Of a DNA stretch of 64,000 bases, positions 10,422 through 20,303 are shown in pieces; within the stretch, counting starts at the first letter, position 1, and every line of letters begins with the position of its first letter. This DNA comes from an uncultured virus (IMG/VR IMGVR_UViG_3300005573_000061) (lineage: Duplodnaviria > Heunggongvirae > Uroviricota > Caudoviricetes), in the IMG/VR virus record IMGVR_UViG_3300005573_000061; one strand, written 5' to 3'. The notes beneath the pieces are model-generated. The model made no database searches and was not told where the DNA came from. It saw only the letters and a list, made by a program, of their open reading frames with translations. The position numbers and the translations under genes are program-made.

Positions 10422-10968
10422 TTTTTACAGGTTTAACTCCATACTCAATAGCTAATTCAATCGGAAAAATATGAGATGGATTAGCTCTCCACTTAGGCAA
10501 ACCTAAACCAGCAGCAACCATTCCCGAACAAATCATAGTACCACGAGTACCAAACTGAAGTTTTCCTCCAAGCAAGCATGTTATCCCCTCCGATACATCA
10601 ATAATATATCCATACTTCACATGCTTTTGATATGCCCACTCCCAGAATTCTACAGCGCTCTGACGCTGAATATCAGTCAACCCCGGATCGACAATATGGA
10701 ATGGATACTTGGTGTACTGATCGATGCCAAACTTTTGAGCACCGGAACCCACCATAGCAATATTCGTACCCTTGTCATCAATGATGCCAAAGGCATGGCT
10801 ATAAAATGAAGCATCCGACCCATGAAACCTCAACCACTGTCCAAATCTAATGAGCTTAGATAAAGCCCCAGGAGCATGGGTCAACCCAAAGTTGCCGGGC
10901 TTGAGTAAAGAGGTATCCGCACTTACTCCTGGTGGAAAATAATGGGTGGTAATAATTGACATTGACAT
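10414..10968 (-). CDS. Permuted papain-like amidase (YiiX/YaeF-like, NlpC/P60 superfamily)
   Basis: LKPGNF, YSHAFGI (His before Cys), YGY, ICSGMVA, P-x-E-L: permuted motif order. Confidence 0.75.
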   Translation of the reverse strand: MSMSIITTHYFPPGVSADTSLLKPGNFGLTHAPGALSKLIRFGQWLRFHGSDASFYSHAFGIIDDKGTNIAMVGSGAQKFGIDQYTKYPFHIVDPGLTDIQRQSAVEFWEWAYQKHVKYGYIIDVSEGITCLLGGKLQFGTRGTMICSGMVAAGLGLPKWRANPSHIFPIELAIEYGVKPVKNV

Positions 10969-11733
10969 TTATCTCAGCACCGACTTAATCAATCCAAATA
11001 GTCCACGGATACGCTTATCAAATCGTCCGCCAGCCTTAGCTAAAATCTTATGAGGAGCCCGATTTTGATCTAATACCTGGCTCCATTGACCACCAGGAGA
11101 CTGCACGCCAATGTAGCCACCATATCCTAAAGCTGCTTTAGGATTTCCCTGGAACATAGCCTCAGGAAGAGATGTATGTAGTTTACCCATATGATCCAAG
11201 TTAGCACCTTCGGTTCCTAAATTAGGAGCCTGTCCAAACCAGGAAGGATAAACAAAATCACTTACCAAGATATTATTGATCTTGTAACCAAACGTGTCAT
11301 CCTCACATGCATCTGCAACCTCAAGAGCAGCCAAATATTGACTACCTTGATGATCAAAGAGTGTAACAACAGAATTAGTCATTGGATCCACAAGCATTTC
11401 CATTAGCTCATGAGAAGCATCAACGGTCCAAGACTCATTATATTGCTGACATGTCTTGGTAAAGAATTTGCCTAATGGCATACCGGTTGGGGTCACATCG
11501 TGATAACCCAACGCACCAGCCTGATCTGCATTATCTAATGCAACTAATTGCCATGCATCAGGAGGAACTACTTCACCCTTAGCATAGAAATGAACATTGG
11601 CGGGACGGCCCCAAATAGGAGCAAAATCATTAGTGATTTGAAGTTGAAGAGCAGCCGTCAGGGCTTCGATCTCAGAATCGGTTACTACAGTAGATTCATT
11701 TAGAACAGCAATGTTAGGGGTTGCATAACTCAT
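10969..11733 (-). CDS. Putative zinc metalloprotease-like protein
   Basis: GALGYHD, ASHELMEMLVDP (HExxE), EVADACE; start uncertain (11733 or 11787). Confidence 0.6.
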   Translation of the reverse strand: MSYATPNIAVLNESTVVTDSEIEALTAALQLQITNDFAPIWGRPANVHFYAKGEVVPPDAWQLVALDNADQAGALGYHDVTPTGMPLGKFFTKTCQQYNESWTVDASHELMEMLVDPMTNSVVTLFDHQGSQYLAALEVADACEDDTFGYKINNILVSDFVYPSWFGQAPNLGTEGANLDHMGKLHTSLPEAMFQGNPKAALGYGGYIGVQSPGGQWSQVLDQNRAPHKILAKAGGRFDKRIRGLFGLIKSVLR

Positions 11734-11800
11734 ATATTTTACCTTTTTCTTACGCTTGAAAAAACACATATGGAACCTCAATTCCATTATCCAGTATGAC

Positions 11801-12175
11801 TCAACTTACTCTGTGGATCAATTCTTGGGCTCTCTTCGACGGTTGTTTTGTGAGGAAACCCTTTCCTATGGCCTTTTCGTATGGTACGGGACTTTTGAAT
11901 TGACTTGATGTTAGGTCGATATTTTCGCCAGTCTCTTTGTGGATTAAGAACCAATGGGGGCTCCCTTCATGCTGTATGTACATAGGCTTGAGGCCAGAAT
12001 GCTCACCACCCTTTAAATGATAGTAAGCTTCAGAAGCCACGTAACAGTGACCAGCATGTGGATTGGGATTGCCCTTATATGGTGCTCGACGCAAATCATC
12101 GCTCAGAGCATTTTGAATATTAGCCCTAAGCCGATCGTCTACTATTTTAGCCCAGGATTGTCTTAAATTATTCAT
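11801..12175 (-). CDS. Small Cys-His-Asp (papain/transglutaminase-like) enzyme
   Basis: GHCYVASEA...HWFL...IDLTSSQF gives a C-H-D triad arrangement. Confidence 0.55.
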   Translation of the reverse strand: MNNLRQSWAKIVDDRLRANIQNALSDDLRRAPYKGNPNPHAGHCYVASEAYYHLKGGEHSGLKPMYIQHEGSPHWFLIHKETGENIDLTSSQFKSPVPYEKAIGKGFLTKQPSKRAQELIHRVS

Positions 12176-12180
12176 AAAGT

Positions 12181-13116
12181 TTATTTACTCGCTAAGGCAG
12201 GGGGAATATGGTCGGATGGTCTTTCGGGATGAGCGGCCTTTTCTAGCGCATACAAAAGTCCCCAGCGATTTAGCACGATCCACTGAAGAGAGCGACGATC
12301 TGTGATTCCTCCACCCAAGGCATTAAAGGCTTCGGATCTTTCAGCATGAATCTTATTATACAGAGCAATAGCAGCAGTCTGTCTCTCTTGAGTATTCGGA
12401 ATACTCACCACTCTCTTGACTTCATCTGCCACATCTGCCATATGCTCCCAAAAAGCATGGGTTAAAGCATGAGCACCCCAAGCCTTATCCATCTTAAGAG
12501 GATGCACAAACCATGTATTAGAGATAATCTCATAAGCAGCATAAGGCTTAATTTGTCGAATATCCCATGAGGCAGCATTGACATACCATGTCATACCTAC
12601 TGGACCCACAGCATCAGTTCCCGGTGGTACACTAAAGTCTTTTGTCTGAGCACCCAACATTGTTAAAATATGGTTGGTATCAGGAGCGGGTGGAAAAGAA
12701 TAATTGGCAGTATAAACATCTAAGGTCTGTCTAAACTCGTCAGTAAGATATTTACAAGTTTCCGCATCACTCATTCCTGCAAACTGAGGATGCTCTCTTT
12801 CAAATACCTTAGTATTAACCCCAATCAAAGTATCAAAATCTAAATTGTACCACCAGTAAGAAGCTAAGGATCCAGCAAGATAAATTCGGGTCCAATCCTT
12901 CCAATTATTACCATACTTAGGAGCCCAAAAAGCCCCGATCATATCGATAATAGGATTGCGAATCCAGGGGTGCATCACTTCACGCTTATCAAAAATATCT
13001 GGATCTAAAAATGCTTTCGTATGTCCAAACTGACCTCCCACCGGAAGGGGATATCCCCGTATAGTGTCGGACTCTCGCCAAGCTAGTTTTGCCCACTGTT
13101 TTCTTAAATGATCCAC
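12181..13116 (-). CDS. Pol-beta superfamily nucleotidyltransferase
   Basis: hGS...DxD motif: IYLAGSLASYWWYNLDFDTLI. Confidence 0.75.
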   Translation of the reverse strand: MDHLRKQWAKLAWRESDTIRGYPLPVGGQFGHTKAFLDPDIFDKREVMHPWIRNPIIDMIGAFWAPKYGNNWKDWTRIYLAGSLASYWWYNLDFDTLIGVNTKVFEREHPQFAGMSDAETCKYLTDEFRQTLDVYTANYSFPPAPDTNHILTMLGAQTKDFSVPPGTDAVGPVGMTWYVNAASWDIRQIKPYAAYEIISNTWFVHPLKMDKAWGAHALTHAFWEHMADVADEVKRVVSIPNTQERQTAAIALYNKIHAERSEAFNALGGGITDRRSLQWIVLNRWGLLYALEKAAHPERPSDHIPPALASK

Positions 13117-13368
13117 TTACTTACCTTTTCTTTTCTTGGCACGTTCGCTCTCTGTCAGCCCTCCCCACACACCATATTGCTCCTTATATGTTAATGCATA
13201 TTCTAAGCATTCCGATTTAACAGGGCAACCGGTACACCAAACTAATGCTCCATCCTTTTGCCCTTGATCGGAGGGACTGAAAAGATCCCTGGTCGCCTCC
13301 ACAATTCCGTGACAAAGCCCCCGTTCCATCCATTCCACTTCGGGATCTAAATATTCATCATTAATCAT
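13117..13368 (-). CDS. whiB: WhiB-family Fe-S transcription factor
   Basis: Four Cys (C...CxxC-5-C), GVWGGLTESER turn, basic C-terminus. Confidence 0.93.
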   Translation of the reverse strand: MINDEYLDPEVEWMERGLCHGIVEATRDLFSPSDQGQKDGALVWCTGCPVKSECLEYALTYKEQYGVWGGLTESERAKKRKGK

Positions 13369-13376
13369 AGTGGCCT

Positions 13377-13745
13377 TTACTGATTTTCGGAATCTCCTAA
13401 TAACTTATTATTTTGAAAATCTAATATTTCTTGAGCACGCATGGCTGCCAATGAAGCACTTACCGCATCAAAGTCCGTATCCCAATTGGCATAGATTGAA
13501 AGAGCGAATACGTAATACACGCCAACAATTAACCATAAATGCGGAAATAGGATCATAATACAGGTACCCGCTATAAAATTGAGAATCCAAAAAATCATTG
13601 CATACAGGTGAAATCTAAACTGCAATTTAGGATTATACTCAAAATCATGGATCAAGCGACGAGCCAACTTGAAATGAAGGGGTACTTTAACCTTAGTTAT
13701 GATTTTTATGTCAGTTACTTCGATTGCTTCTTGCTCTGCCATCAA
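13377..13745 (-). CDS. Membrane protein (2 TM)
   Basis: Two hydrophobic helices. Confidence 0.65.
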   Translation of the reverse strand: MMAEQEAIEVTDIKIITKVKVPLHFKLARRLIHDFEYNPKLQFRFHLYAMIFWILNFIAGTCIMILFPHLWLIVGVYYVFALSIYANWDTDFDAVSASLAAMRAQEILDFQNNKLLGDSENQ

Positions 13746-13795
13746 AAATTACAACCTCCTAATTCTTAGAGGCTGTAAACCCCCCAAAAACAGGT

Positions 13796-14005
13796 TTAAT
13801 ATTCTTCATCATCATCTTCAGCAGGAGGCATGGTATAAAGAGTAAACGCCTGTGAAAGCATAGCTACGATTGTATCGTAAGCCTCAAAAGACTCTACTCT
13901 AATGTTTGTGCTTCCATCATCACAAGCCTTACGTGTAATTACAATCGTCTGGACACTTTCTAATTCCTCCAGGTCGGCTTGATTAATTGTGGGTTCTTCT
14001 TCCAT
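13796..14005 (-). CDS. Small acidic hypothetical protein
   Basis: 69 aa, coupled to upstream gene. Confidence 0.55.
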   Translation of the reverse strand: MEEEPTINQADLEELESVQTIVITRKACDDGSTNIRVESFEAYDTIVAMLSQAFTLYTMPPAEDDDEEY

Positions 14006-14007
14006 TT

Positions 14008-15240
14008 TTACCTCGGATCTATAATCTGGTCCCTGAAATAAGCCTTCCCATCTACTATATCAACGATCTCCAATGCCCACATATCATCAGTTTCATGGAG
14101 AATACCAATAGCCTGTGTCCATGATTCGTGACGACGTACAGGATTTCCATACAAATCCGGGGCACCACGGGTAGATGGTACGACCCCATCGTTACGACAT
14201 AGGCTACCTATCGAATAAGCACGAACATCAATAGGATCTCCATCGTCATCTGTATAGGTTTCACTATGCATAGATAAATGATGAGAATGACCCTGAATAG
14301 TAGAAATTCTAGAAGCCCTTGCCTGTCGCTGCATATCTAGCTTTTCACCGTGCAACGCCCATAGAGATGCTTGACGACCATGGCGATCAGCCAACTTGAG
14401 TCGAGCAGCCGGATATCCAGAATGATAATTCACACCTAGGCTATCTAGAGCTAATAGATTAGGCACAGACAAAACAGGCCAACCCTTAGGCTCATCGGCA
14501 CGATGCAATCTCAAAGCGGCCTTAGCGTTCTGTACAATCAAACGAGGAATTCTATCGTCATGATTGCCCTCAAGTAGATCATGCTCTTCCAGGGAAGAAC
14601 CGGCTGCTGATTTCTGCTCAGCTAAGTAGGTATGACCCTCATTTACAGCTAATTGAGTAGTATTTGCAAACTCAGGGAATATCGCAAACTTCTGACTCCA
14701 TTCAGAGAGATCCAAGAAGTCTCCCAAATTTACAATACGATGGGGACGCAAAATATCAATCATGGCGAGAGAAGCGTTCATAGCCAAACGATCATGAGTG
14801 GGGATCAAATCCCCATCAGCCAGCCGCCAAAAACCAATCTGAGGGTCAGGAAGCAAAACTGTGGTGCGACCCACATGCTTGATCTTACGCTTGTCAGCGT
14901 ATTTTACAACCGCTGGAATAGCGGGTTGTACAACGGGCCATTGAGGACCATCAGCCCAAGTGGGGGTCACTTGGATACTAGCCATATCAACCTTTTGAGA
15001 ATTACCCTCAGGATCTTTATAATATCCCTGATAAAGGTTGATTTTATCAATCTTGGCTACATCTTCTGGGTCAATACCAGCATTTTGCAAAAGCTCAGCT
15101 ACCTTAGCGACTTTTGAATTCTCGCCTACGGGCCGATGACCAGGCACGTAAGGGCGTGGATCACCCTTTTTCTCCCCTAATTCCGTCCGAGTCTTCGTCG
15201 CTAATGGGGTATCCTGTCCGCATCCACATTGACACTTCAT
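14008..15240 (-). CDS. Calcineurin-like metallophosphoesterase with N-terminal CxCGCG module
   Basis: LPDPQ, NLGDFLD, EGNHD, LHG and GHSH motifs; N-terminal KCQCGCG. Confidence 0.85.
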   Translation of the reverse strand: MKCQCGCGQDTPLATKTRTELGEKKGDPRPYVPGHRPVGENSKVAKVAELLQNAGIDPEDVAKIDKINLYQGYYKDPEGNSQKVDMASIQVTPTWADGPQWPVVQPAIPAVVKYADKRKIKHVGRTTVLLPDPQIGFWRLADGDLIPTHDRLAMNASLAMIDILRPHRIVNLGDFLDLSEWSQKFAIFPEFANTTQLAVNEGHTYLAEQKSAAGSSLEEHDLLEGNHDDRIPRLIVQNAKAALRLHRADEPKGWPVLSVPNLLALDSLGVNYHSGYPAARLKLADRHGRQASLWALHGEKLDMQRQARASRISTIQGHSHHLSMHSETYTDDDGDPIDVRAYSIGSLCRNDGVVPSTRGAPDLYGNPVRRHESWTQAIGILHETDDMWALEIVDIVDGKAYFRDQIIDPR

Positions 15241-15270
15241 AAATAAATCCTTTGATGATTGGTGGTACAG

Positions 15271-15308
15271 AAAGGGGTGGACTCGTATCTAATGAGCCCA
15301 CCCCTTTT
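15271..15308. terminator. Intrinsic terminator-like hairpin, possibly bidirectional
   Basis: AAAGGGGTGG-ACTC...GAG-C-CCACCCCTTTT, with A/T runs on both sides. Confidence 0.75.
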
Positions 15309-15331
15309 ATGAAACTTATTTCTCGCTAGAC

Positions 15332-16000
15332 TTAGCTAGCTGCTGGAGTCGATCCTGTACTAGTAGCTCCGCTAGCTGAACCGGTAGAGGTAGTAACACT
15401 TGCACCTCCTGTTCCAGAAGATGAAGAGGTTCCTGTATCTGGTGGAAGTGAACCACTAGAGGTAGAAGACCCACTAGAAGTAGGAGCCGCAGTGCTAGTA
15501 GAAGAGCTACCACTAGAAGCCGCAGTACCAGTAGAGGTACCGCCAGCAACCTGAGCTACATTAGCAGCAGCCGTAGTTACACTCGCTAAATCAGAAGTAA
15601 GCTTAGAAAGACTACTCTGTAAAGAAGAAACGGTAGATGCCTTTACCCCCTGACTCTCAAGACCGCTAATGAGAGCCTGCAACTCAGTAACCGAACTAGT
15701 TAGGCTAGCGCTTGCAGTATTTACCGTAGTATCTAGATCCTGAAGTCCAGTCAAAACTGCCTCAAGTACGGACTCCTCAGAACTCTGATTGCTCATAATT
15801 TCTCCTATTAAGTGTGCGTGTTGTAAAAGCAAAACCTGGATAGTCATCAGAGCGCTATATAATATAACCTCATTGACCATTCCACCATTCATATCTAAAA
15901 GGGCTTGACTAGCATTAGTCACAATCCCTTCATAGTGGCGGGTTAATTCCTCGTCCATATTAAAACGAATCTTTGCTGGGGGATTAACGAAATCTTTCAT
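15332..16000 (-). CDS. Coiled-coil plus Ser/Thr/Gly-rich protein, with a strong internal start at 15796
   Basis: Hydrophobic segment, then AGGAG-6nt-ATG (MSNQSSEE), heptad-like region and S/T/G tail. Confidence 0.65.
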   Translation of the reverse strand: MKDFVNPPAKIRFNMDEELTRHYEGIVTNASQALLDMNGGMVNEVILYSALMTIQVLLLQHAHLIGEIMSNQSSEESVLEAVLTGLQDLDTTVNTASASLTSSVTELQALISGLESQGVKASTVSSLQSSLSKLTSDLASVTTAAANVAQVAGGTSTGTAASSGSSSTSTAAPTSSGSSTSSGSLPPDTGTSSSSGTGGASVTTSTGSASGATSTGSTPAAS

Positions 16001-16013
16001 ATGACCTCCCTAG

Positions 16014-18035
16014 CTATTGTATCACACAGTTGTCGTTGTTACAGAATCTTTCTCCCTCCGCTTCTCTAGCTTCACCGGCGTATAAAGCATTAAAATCTAT
16101 GGGTTTTATTCCATCAATTCTCTCTTTATAAACCTCATCATTAATTCTTTCATAAGGCATCTGAGCATAGGCTCCCACCTCACCTAATGGTAGAAGAGAG
16201 AGCCCCTTCAATTGACCCTCTGTAGCATTCAACATAGGCCCGATTTGATTTATTTCCTCAGGAAGAAATGTCAGTGTCACACTTACCTGATTATCAGCCC
16301 AATAACGCTGGGCTGCAATAGCCAAATTGACCTTCTCCCACACTGAGACTTCACGCTCAGTGCGTACCTTTGGTCCCCTTGTGGGCAACTCGACCACCAT
16401 CGTATTTTTAGTATCCATTACATCCGGCTCTACCACATATCCTGCATCACGAAGCTTTTCGAGAATAGGGTCATTGGCTGCAAGACGCATTCTACGAATG
16501 TACGTATCTGCCACCGGCCAATGGACCCCTGGCGTAACTCCAGCGAGGAGAGATACGGTACCAGAGGGTTTGATAGAAGTTGTCTTAATTGATTCTCTAA
16601 TTCCTAGCCACTCAGAATACTGTCTATCTCTTTGTTGAACTGCGTTATATCCACGATCCATCCAATCTTTCAAATCATTCCACCCATGAGATTCTACGAA
16701 TTGGGCCACCCCGGAAATAGAGCACCCAATGCGACGGTTACGCTGCATAACCTCATTAGAATCGGGCCAATGGGTGGGCATAAGCGTAACAGCCTTGCCA
16801 TACAGATAAGCAAACTTCATGGTGCGCTCAAAATCCTCATAAGAGTCATGATGAGGCATATAGGTTTCAACAAGTGTGCACATTTCATTGTGCTCAAGAC
16901 TCTGCTCAAGACAAGGATTACCACCCGCCACCCGGTAATCCTTGAAATTCGGAGGATCAATCATCCGTCCAAAATCTTGAGCTAACTTGCGATAAAACAA
17001 GCCTGGTTCACCATTCATTACTATATTGGGAACTAAATTATCATAATCCATGCCTACTTCAGCAAACACGGAATTATTGCTTAGACCACCCCAACCATTT
17101 GGACCCATACGCTCAGGATTAACCTCCCAATTCTTGAGGTTAATATATTCCTCATCGGAAGCATCTCCAAACACAATTTGAGCACTGCGTCGAGTATTAC
17201 CAGCCACCACACAATAACCGATAAGGTTCATGATATCCACAATATCTGTGCTGGTTAGAGCCTCACCCTCACGGAATCCAAGGATCTTATTTAGACGAAT
17301 ATGAAGATCCTCCAATATCTCAGGACCCCCAGCTATGCCACCAAATGTCTTGAGTGGAGATCCCTTCGGTCGCAAAAGAGAATAATCGAATTCAATACGA
17401 TTACGTCCCTCAAAAAAGAAAGTCTCTAAGATCAATCTCAAAGATTCTACCCATCCCTCTCGACTGTCAGGTACCTGAAAAACTGTCGGATTATCCTTGG
17501 GGTGGTGAATAATCAACTTCCCCGCACCTTCAGTATCAAAGCCTACGCCAATTCCTAGCATGCTCATCTCCATCATGCGGGTGAATGGCATTGTGGCTTC
17601 GTGAACACTGCGATTAGAGATATTCTTTGTACTCAAAAAGGAGCAATTCTGCAAGGATGCTGAATTTTTCTGGGTATGAACAACCTCAGTCCCCATCATC
17701 CAAAGGCCCCGACCAGGAGGGGTCCACTTGAATGTGAACATCCGATCAAATGCCTCTTGTGCTGACTTCTGGGCTTTTAATTCATTCCATGGGGTCCGGT
17801 GCTCTTTACAGTGATCTTTAAGTATTGAATACATGCCTTCAATACAGCGCCTACAAGTCTCAACCCATTTCTCTTTAGATCCGTCCTCTTTAAGACGAGA
17901 ATATTTAGTGAGAAATGTAATTTCTCCTAAGCTATTACCGTTGCCAATAGGAAATCCCCATTTTACAGGCTTTTGTTCATAATCCGCCACAAACCCATCA
18001 GCCAACTTAAAAGAAAGAAAAGACAATTCAACCAC
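16014..18035 (-). CDS. nrdJ: Class II (B12-dependent) ribonucleoside-triphosphate reductase
   Basis: PPGRGLW, QNC, GGNPCLEQ (NPCxE), IKPSGTVS, C-terminal CxxDxC; no small-subunit gene in the window. Confidence 0.93.
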   Translation of the reverse strand: MVELSFLSFKLADGFVADYEQKPVKWGFPIGNGNSLGEITFLTKYSRLKEDGSKEKWVETCRRCIEGMYSILKDHCKEHRTPWNELKAQKSAQEAFDRMFTFKWTPPGRGLWMMGTEVVHTQKNSASLQNCSFLSTKNISNRSVHEATMPFTRMMEMSMLGIGVGFDTEGAGKLIIHHPKDNPTVFQVPDSREGWVESLRLILETFFFEGRNRIEFDYSLLRPKGSPLKTFGGIAGGPEILEDLHIRLNKILGFREGEALTSTDIVDIMNLIGYCVVAGNTRRSAQIVFGDASDEEYINLKNWEVNPERMGPNGWGGLSNNSVFAEVGMDYDNLVPNIVMNGEPGLFYRKLAQDFGRMIDPPNFKDYRVAGGNPCLEQSLEHNEMCTLVETYMPHHDSYEDFERTMKFAYLYGKAVTLMPTHWPDSNEVMQRNRRIGCSISGVAQFVESHGWNDLKDWMDRGYNAVQQRDRQYSEWLGIRESIKTTSIKPSGTVSLLAGVTPGVHWPVADTYIRRMRLAANDPILEKLRDAGYVVEPDVMDTKNTMVVELPTRGPKVRTEREVSVWEKVNLAIAAQRYWADNQVSVTLTFLPEEINQIGPMLNATEGQLKGLSLLPLGEVGAYAQMPYERINDEVYKERIDGIKPIDFNALYAGEAREAEGERFCNNDNCVIQ

Positions 18036-18178
18036 TCCACATTAAACAAATACGATAAGGAATTTATACTCTACCTGGCATAAAGTGTTCAACAAAATCC
18101 CTGGTCAGAGACTTTTTTCAACATCCCAACAGGCTCTAGCTGGACTTTTACACCTCGACAGGATACGGGAATAAAAAT

Positions 18179-20263
18179 CTAAAATCTGGATCTTCTACCA
18201 AATCTTGCGGGAGCTTGTCTGCCTCGGGCTGGAGAACCACTATAGCCGGTGTTGTTACTTCTTGCCCATCCACTCAATTGATTAAATACCTGCTGAGATG
18301 TTTCCATTTGAGTGGGTAATCCACCGGGCATAGAACCCTTCGGAACAAAGGCGCTTAAATCTTGATTAATAAATGCTGCAATCTCATTACCGATTAATGC
18401 ATGTACAACAATAGACATAGCATCGAAAACGTCTTTTGTTTGAACAGGACCCGAATCTGGCTTATCCACCTTTGATTCATTGACCAACTGCAAGAAGAGC
18501 ATTTCTTGTTTTGCTTGATCATACTCAGGAGCATGCACCAGTCCCAAACCAATTGCAGTTTTGAATGTTTCTGCCACAATCCAGTTTTGTGAAGCAGTAG
18601 CAGTACGCTCAAAGACATTAATTTGTCTAGGAAATCCCTGTGTTCTTACCCACTTTTGCAATCTGCTAATCAGCATATTGGAGAAACCTTGGTCGAAGGT
18701 TAATTCAGAAGGCATGAATTTAGCTATATATATCTTGATTTCATCTTCGATCTGATCGTAATCAATTAAGTGGTCAGGGAAGGTAGCGGGATCCCAATGG
18801 TGAATGACATCAAAGATAACATGAGGGAATTCCTCCCCGGGCAAGTGTACAACGTGCGCCCCAGCCCATCCGAAGTTAGCGCCCGACTTAGATGGGTCAC
18901 CGTGGAATTTATACTGAATAGCCAATGAGCCCTGATCCTTCATATAGGCATTCATTGGATTTTCTTCCGGCCATGGTTGGAATACAGCTTCTACACGCTC
19001 TGGATTCAGGTAAGCATCCATAACAGATGCCCAATGTGCCAAACGGTCTACTGCAAACGCCTCAGGGTTAGCGGCCTGCATACGGCGCATCTGATCATTA
19101 TAAAGCTGGGGAGGATCAGGCACCTTACCATCAGCATCCACATTCTTTATAAAATAAAGCGGAAACTTACGACCGGGATGACTACCGACTTTAGGTATCT
19201 TGGTAGGGTTGCTATACACCTGCTCAGGCATGGTCATAATTTCGTCCATGCGCTCGTAATCTATATAGTTGTCCCACGATGCCAACTGGAACATACAAAT
19301 TTCTGGACGCATTATGGTGCCCTTGGGGAACCCATTTAATCCATCCGAAATAGCTAACGACTGAAGCCAGTTATCATAAAACTGACCCGTCTTAGAGAAT
19401 GGCGAAGAAGGCTCATAAATCCATGCATCTTTACCGAAAGTGTCCAAAGCGGGAGTGGCACCATCCCAAACTTCAGAAGCATCGGACTTAGCAAATTGGC
19501 GAGATACCCATGCAAACTCGTCATACATCTGAGCAAAAGAGGCATAACCACGAGCAGCGGTGGGGGTTGCCTCCTTAGGGAGAATACGGAAGGTAGCCAT
19601 ATCCTCATCGCCGTAAGCACCCATACTCTTACGGTCTTCCATCTTCTCAAAATCAGCGGGAGCAAATATGCTCAGTGATTCATATTGTGGACGAGAGATG
19701 TAGGGAGCAAAGCACGGACCATCTTTGATGTAGTTAGCTAAGTCTTTCCACAGGTTGTCTACAGCTTGCTTATATTTAGAACCGAATACGAACATAGCCA
19801 TAGCCTTGCTACGGTCAATGTTGTAATACTTCTGTGGGTCTTTTTTACAAATATAGTTCCATAGCACATAGGCACCTGCAATTGCTCCGAGGTGTCCTTT
19901 ACCCGAACGACGGCCTAATACAGCGATCCACTCACGAAACCATGGGCGCCCCTCTTGCTTGCAAATCTTAATTCGTTCTAAGATATCCGGCTGAGTACCA
20001 TGATCTTCATTTTCTCTAAAGGAACGTGTCCACTCGTCAATTACTTCATAATCATAATCGGTAAAGAGATCATCTTGTAAAAAGGCAATCTTAAGCATAG
20101 TTGCCTGACGTGGATAGAGCGTTCTGTACAGAAATTGATCCGACAGAGTAAACTCTATTACGTCAGGCACCCATAGGCTTGTTTCTTTTTGCTTAAAGTC
20201 AGCAAGAGCCTTCTTAATATCTAGGGGTTCTTGCTTAATAGCGGGTTTACGACGAGTGGGCAT
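18179..20263 (-). CDS. terL: Terminase large subunit
   Basis: Walker A GRRSGKG, Walker B MYDEFA, SSP motif, nuclease residues HGDPS, TFDQ and KDVFDA. Confidence 0.88.
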   Translation of the reverse strand: MPTRRKPAIKQEPLDIKKALADFKQKETSLWVPDVIEFTLSDQFLYRTLYPRQATMLKIAFLQDDLFTDYDYEVIDEWTRSFRENEDHGTQPDILERIKICKQEGRPWFREWIAVLGRRSGKGHLGAIAGAYVLWNYICKKDPQKYYNIDRSKAMAMFVFGSKYKQAVDNLWKDLANYIKDGPCFAPYISRPQYESLSIFAPADFEKMEDRKSMGAYGDEDMATFRILPKEATPTAARGYASFAQMYDEFAWVSRQFAKSDASEVWDGATPALDTFGKDAWIYEPSSPFSKTGQFYDNWLQSLAISDGLNGFPKGTIMRPEICMFQLASWDNYIDYERMDEIMTMPEQVYSNPTKIPKVGSHPGRKFPLYFIKNVDADGKVPDPPQLYNDQMRRMQAANPEAFAVDRLAHWASVMDAYLNPERVEAVFQPWPEENPMNAYMKDQGSLAIQYKFHGDPSKSGANFGWAGAHVVHLPGEEFPHVIFDVIHHWDPATFPDHLIDYDQIEDEIKIYIAKFMPSELTFDQGFSNMLISRLQKWVRTQGFPRQINVFERTATASQNWIVAETFKTAIGLGLVHAPEYDQAKQEMLFLQLVNESKVDKPDSGPVQTKDVFDAMSIVVHALIGNEIAAFINQDLSAFVPKGSMPGGLPTQMETSQQVFNQLSGWARSNNTGYSGSPARGRQAPARFGRRSRF

Positions 20264-20303
20264 ACGACTCCAAAAAGCCAGAGACAGATGAAGTTATAAT
20301 ACC

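Noticed and set aside
15340..15560. Short repeats such as CCACTAGA and GTAGA
   Set aside because: By-product of Ser/Thr/Gly low-complexity coding
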